A DNA stretch of 53,895 nucleotides from IMG/VR virus record IMGVR_UViG_3300020472_000035, positions 1 to 53,895 of that record; one strand, given 5' to 3'. Under the pieces are notes generated by a model. The model searched no databases. It saw nothing but the letters and a program-made list of their open reading frames with translations, and had not been told where the DNA came from. Each line of letters starts with the position of its first letter. Position 1 is the stretch's first letter. The translations under genes and the position numbers were made by a program. Shown here piece by piece: positions 53,855-53,895 of this stretch. This DNA is from a virus. Taxonomy: Duplodnaviria > Caudoviricetes.

Positions 53855-53895
53855 TGGTTGATCCTCCTCCTGTTGCTGATCGTGTAATAGATGTT

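Noticed and set aside
1-53895. tRNA, rRNA, integrase, transposase or homing endonuclease genes
   Set aside because: None were recognisable; the intergenic gaps are short and show no cloverleaf with TTCGAAT/CCA features.

Overview
This is a segment of a T4-like marine cyanomyovirus genome (Kyanoviridae-type, AT-rich; host probably Prochlorococcus/Synechococcus, inferred from gene families recognised from memory). All credible genes lie on the minus strand. In transcription order (right to left) the window holds: (i) ~53.9-50.0 kb, a cluster of small early genes behind sigma70-like promoters that share an upstream GTGKCAC-like box, overlapped by a cluster of DnaA-box 9-mers; (ii) ~49.9-46.2 kb, small accessory genes including an AbrB/MazE-like protein, a 2OG-Fe(II) oxygenase, a Lys/Arg-rich peptide and a stand-alone SET-domain protein; (iii) ~46.2-0 kb, the late baseplate/tail module behind NATAAATA late promoters: gp25, gp6, a giant 9131-aa gp7, a gp9/gp10-like protein with a cupredoxin tip, a 1397-aa YHYH/cupredoxin protein, gp8, a 2408-aa DUF4815/VrlC-like protein, two small coiled-coil proteins and a truncated tail fibre. 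The main finding is in gp7. Its His/Cys-rich ~110-aa repeats are not tandem. By manual motif parsing, 29 copies of one beta-domain are inserted inside each other's loops like balanced parentheses: one tree of 25 domains, up to 8 levels deep and including two circular permutants, plus one tree of 4. This predicts a branched, dendrimer-like single-chain protein on the virion baseplate. All calls come from reading the sequence by eye; no searches or structure predictions were run.
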